DNA from: an uncultured Clostridia bacterium
GTDB lineage: Bacteria; Bacillota; Clostridia; Christensenellales; UBA1242
Assembly: GCA_944376785.1 (NCBI GenBank)
Contig: CALWDV010000001.1
Location: forward strand, 1 to 38,910
Length of the DNA: 38,910 nt
Reading direction: 5' to 3'
Below the pieces are notes generated by a model. That model saw nothing but the letters and a program-made list of their open reading frames with translations, did no database searches and was not told where the DNA came from. Below are positions 36,601 through 38,910 of the stretch, one piece after another (the stretch's first letter is position 1; each line of letters begins with the position of its first letter). Position numbers and translations under genes: made by a program.

Positions 36601-38910
36601 TCTTACAGCAAAATTTGATAAAACACCATAGTTATTAACAATTTTATCTACCACACCACCAGCATCTCTTCTTAGTTTAATAACTGGATAATCTGTTCTG
36701 CTTTCACTTGTTAACAATCCAGTGAAATCTTCACCAGAACCTAGTTTAATTATGTCGCCATCAACAGCAGATTTAACCATAACATAATATTTATCATTTT
36801 CAATAATATGTTCGTTTTTAGTTGTATCATTAATGTAATAAGGATTTAATTTTTCACCTTCAAGCACATCGTTGTTTTGTGATGATTTCATAAGTTGTAA
36901 AGCATCAAACATATCAATTGATGTGCCATCAATTTTGAATGTTGTTGGCAAGTTAAGTTTTGTTACATCTGTTCCATTTTTTACAACAAATTTATTATCG
37001 CTAACTTCATTTGTAACAAAATATGATGATAATTTATTGTTTAAAACAGTGCTTAATTTTGCATATTCAACACCACCAAAATCGCTTTGTTCAGTGCTGG
37101 TTGCATCAATAATAACTTTTGCACCATATTGTTGAGCATATGAATTTGTGAAGTTTGAATATGGTAAGAAATCAAACACAAAGTAAACATTTTTAAATGT
37201 TGTTTGGTTTATTTCTGATGCATATGCAATACCATTAATTGCCATATTATCCTGGTTATTAATTCCAAATTGTGAGTTGTTTTTGCTATCAAAAATTCTT
37301 GCAAGTGTGTAACCACCTTCAAATTTTGAACCAGTTCCAACAATTTGACCTGCAACCCCACCAACAATTCGTTTATCTGTTGATGTTGCATTAGGAGCAT
37401 TACCACCAATGTAAATATTAGCAAAGTTAATAAATTTTGTTAAAAGTAATGTTGTTTGAGATGATGTTGTTTCTGCTTTTCCAATAATACCACCAACAGC
37501 ATATGGATTTTGTATTGTAGTGTTAATTTCGCCATAGTTATATAGTGCTTCATATTTACCACCAACACCATTTCCAACAACGCCGCCAACATTAACAGCA
37601 TTAGAATTTGAGTTATTAACCACAACTTCTAAATTGCCCATATTATAAACTCTGGCAACATCTAAGTTTTCATTATTATTTTTAATAAGTCCAACCACAC
37701 CACCAACATTAACTGAACTTGCACTTGCAACAACTTTAATGTTTGAGTTGTTTGATGTGTTTAATTTGTTTGTTGTGTTTCCTCTAACTTTAAAGTTAAT
37801 TCCATAACCTAACACACCACCAACATTTGTTTTTAATGAAGTTGATGCTCCTGTTAAGTTATTAACTTCAATTTTTTGATTTTGTGCAACTTGACGATAT
37901 GCTGTTCCGTTACTTAAATAACTTAAATAATCGTTAACATTTATGTGTTCAACTGAACTATTCTCGCCATATCCAATTGCACCACCCAAATTTAAGTTTG
38001 TGTTTAAATTTGCATTAACCGAGAATTTCAAGTTTCCTTTAAAGTAAGCTTGATTTATTGTTGTGTTATAAATTGTTCCAAACAATCCACCCATATTAAC
38101 AGATTGACCATTTTCACAATCATACATAATAAACACGTTATTACTAATGTTATTGCTTTCTAACACAATGTTAGGGTCACTTTCAACAACTTGTTGGTTG
38201 TTAATTGAATTAATAACATTTGCATTAACATTATTACCAAGTCCAACAATGTTACCAACGTTAATATTAGTGTTATTTAATTGCAATCTAACTAATGTGT
38301 TATTAAACGACAACACATTAACATTTTCAAAGGTTGTTTTGTCACTTTCAGCAGCAACGCCACCAAAACTAATAGATTCACCTTCAACATTAGTTAATCT
38401 AGATAAAACTGGATTACTATTAACACTTTGCGCATTATTAATGTTTAAATTAACATTTTGAAGTGTGCTGTTGTTAACATATCCAATCATTAATCCAACA
38501 CCCTTATAATGATCAGCAAATCTAATGGTTTTGTCAGTTTTAAAATTAATATTAAAGTTAATATTGCTTAATACTGTGCTATTAACATTTTTTGCAAAGA
38601 AGCCGTTATATGAGTTGTTTAATAACGCATTATCATCAAGCATATCTAATGTGTTTGTAGCCCCAGTGCTACTTACATAATTAATTTCAAAATCAACATT
38701 CATTATTGTTGCAGTGTTTAAATATTTAAAGAATGTTGTTGTTTGATCACCAGGTTCTATTTCTAATTTTATTTTAGGATTTTTACCTTCACTTGTAACA
38801 CCAATTAATGTACCTTCGAAATTGTTAAAGAACACATCAGATCTTCCACTATCTGCAAGCACACTATTCATGTTATATTCGCCATAATTTAACAAATAGA
38901 ATTTATTTCT
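33670..38910 (-). CDS. Second giant GLUG-type repeat protein, C-terminal part (at least 1,746 aa); the 5' end lies beyond the window
   Basis: The frame stays open to nt 38910. The five codons upstream of the track's TTG 'start' at 38895 read RNKFY with no stop, so the 1,741-aa track ORF is a truncation artefact. The rung motifs match the 7,458-aa neighbour (VGGVVGLI, VGGIIGKA, LGGLIGLN, VGGIVGKL). An internal head lies around aa 1040-1100 (DMSKV at 35701..35715; FYGLGHSINNLKI...GFGLFANV) and a cap reads NWTKLNNNEFAKYNFGYPVINGG. Confidence 0.9.
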   Translation of the reverse strand, partial: RNKFYLLNYGEYNMNSVLADSGRSDVFFNNFEGTLIGVTSEGKNPKIKLEIEPGDQTTTFFKYLNTATIMNVDFEINYVSSTGATNTLDMLDDNALLNNSYNGFFAKNVNSTVLSNINFNINFKTDKTIRFADHYKGVGLMIGYVNNSTLQNVNLNINNAQSVNSNPVLSRLTNVEGESISFGGVAAESDKTTFENVNVLSFNNTLVRLQLNNTNINVGNIVGLGNNVNANVINSINNQQVVESDPNIVLESNNISNNVFIMYDCENGQSVNMGGLFGTIYNTTINQAYFKGNLKFSVNANLNTNLNLGGAIGYGENSSVEHINVNDYLSYLSNGTAYRQVAQNQKIEVNNLTGASTSLKTNVGGVLGYGINFKVRGNTTNKLNTSNNSNIKVVASASSVNVGGVVGLIKNNNENLDVARVYNMGNLEVVVNNSNSNAVNVGGVVGNGVGGKYEALYNYGEINTTIQNPYAVGGIIGKAETTSSQTTLLLTKFINFANIYIGGNAPNATSTDKRIVGGVAGQIVGTGSKFEGGYTLARIFDSKNNSQFGINNQDNMAINGIAYASEINQTTFKNVYFVFDFLPYSNFTNSYAQQYGAKVIIDATSTEQSDFGGVEYAKLSTVLNNKLSSYFVTNEVSDNKFVVKNGTDVTKLNLPTTFKIDGTSIDMFDALQLMKSSQNNDVLEGEKLNPYYINDTTKNEHIIENDKYYVMVKSAVDGDIIKLGSGEDFTGLLTSESRTDYPVIKLRRDAGGVVDKIVNNYGVLSNFAVRITSTNELFKGALVQNNYGNIINVVTYGYLFGQNLIFGQDVATFVYNNHANIVQSGSDVLILTNSLRMENLSFSGFVKENFKNAFIKDCYSNSSIINKDNDNKVLTNASSISGFANKNSGLIETSYYSGSLFATSVSNNVFVGQQETGAKIRNCFYDIEATPVTTGATNLDVNTADASKDITGVRYTRTVDFVSSGEKNIANSFLKTQFVPSNWTKLNNNEFAKYNFGYPVINGGIQLPTLFVGNSDNTQIVNSFVNSTTSSNKALFVIYHAGQMNVINNLYLNLVNANIALISNIDMSKVNSGSSNAGIFNNLIVLNNEISFYGLGHSINNLKITGSNLSVDAGFGLFANVASGSVIDNLNIVSPYVTISSSGNVGILVGINNGEIKNVTVKGESNAKAQLTATSSTNLGGLIGLNNSGKVSNVTTQYLTINGNSNVGGIVGKLSAGTLENLVVDSVEINGQIALGGIVGYAKQEVSSGIAPTITNVEIKGNSTIISGTGSASNFDTIRNTTYNWNNNYNSIATNGILNGNSNASQTGGAVGYLGSNAKLVNPKISKVEIVGYNVSGGVVGYIDTNGTVEFTNASVSSTKSNVKLNGSYNIGGIAGINKGSIKGASSKTSVYATVGTNQTSDKYNANIGGVVGNNLSGTISNIIVVADVYGSRLVGGIAGYTNNGRIENCIVSSTNIYYNSELDMDQHTGYMPELYMGIGSQDANYKNNNFNAYLGAGGGDGAKGVFNCDKTIGHNVIEYGGIETKVAGNTKIPGKPSFKILVGFVAGATSGTVNSANVLNSQILNIYDTYRNYGIHVKDFAAAGTNNATLNRTVNVGTRTFNINSSLSGTTFYYGSNNYKKYSDEFENFVLDGSGGGYSYYNRIYYLETLTSQANNEKKEVLTYLKNKYEEYVKLGYYVESYKYLNLKDYSYPGMTWVDKGTLVEEKNFGYHTFYAREGWFKPIVWNAWSNVKFYSDNPDAGFIK

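Noticed and set aside
11616-38461. Plus-strand and off-frame ORFs inside the two giant genes (for example 19589..20062 + 157 aa, 32882..33256 + 124 aa, 28242..28562 +, 16859..17167 +, 38147..38461 +)
   Set aside because: They are antisense shadows of a strongly biased coding strand. Codons rich in AAT/GGT/GTT/ACA give stop-poor complements. The translations are Leu/Phe/Ser/Pro-rich, lack RBSs and do not respect the repeat periodicity of the sense frame.
10461-38910. Giant-gene locus as a recently acquired mobile or genomic island
   Set aside because: No integrase, transposase or recombinase, tRNA attachment site or terminal repeats are visible. Base composition and codon style look the same, by eye, as the flanking core genes.

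Overview
All recognisable genes in this strongly AT-rich window (by eye about 70% A+T) lie on the minus strand. In transcription order, from high to low coordinates, they are:
(i) The 3' 5.2 kb of a giant repeat-protein gene whose 5' end is off-window (33670..38910).
(ii) One uninterrupted 22,377-nt ORF (10993..33369) encoding a 7,458-aa predicted lipoprotein. It is built from two Ig-like arrays, seven 'head / GG[IVL][IVA]G rungs / cap' beta-helix-type (GLUG-like) modules, a Tyr/Trp-rich domain and seven C-terminal Listeria-Bacteroides (Flg_new-type) repeats.
(iii) rpoB and rpoC.
(iv) Two small stand-alone genes: an 82-aa unknown behind a perfect TTGACA-17-TATAAT promoter, and a 92-aa HicB-like orphan.
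(v) rpsL-rpsG-fusA, with fusA cut by the window start.
The transcription units are bracketed by sigma-70-type promoter matches and rho-independent terminators. I saw no tRNA, rRNA, CRISPR array, transposase or integrase. TGA is never in frame in about 12,400 codons, and every Trp codon I checked is TGG. This points to the standard code (table 11) despite a Mollicutes-like appearance.
The main point of interest is the pair of giant surface-protein genes (at least 27.6 kb of coding sequence) sitting directly upstream of rpoB, where rplKAJL normally lies. Secondary points are resistance-type residues in RpoB (His526-equivalent is Gln) and S12 (Lys88 is Arg), an A9 tract early in the giant gene, in-frame tandem duplications, and a small unknown gene in the ybxF slot. 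All family assignments come from motif recognition by eye; no database search was possible.
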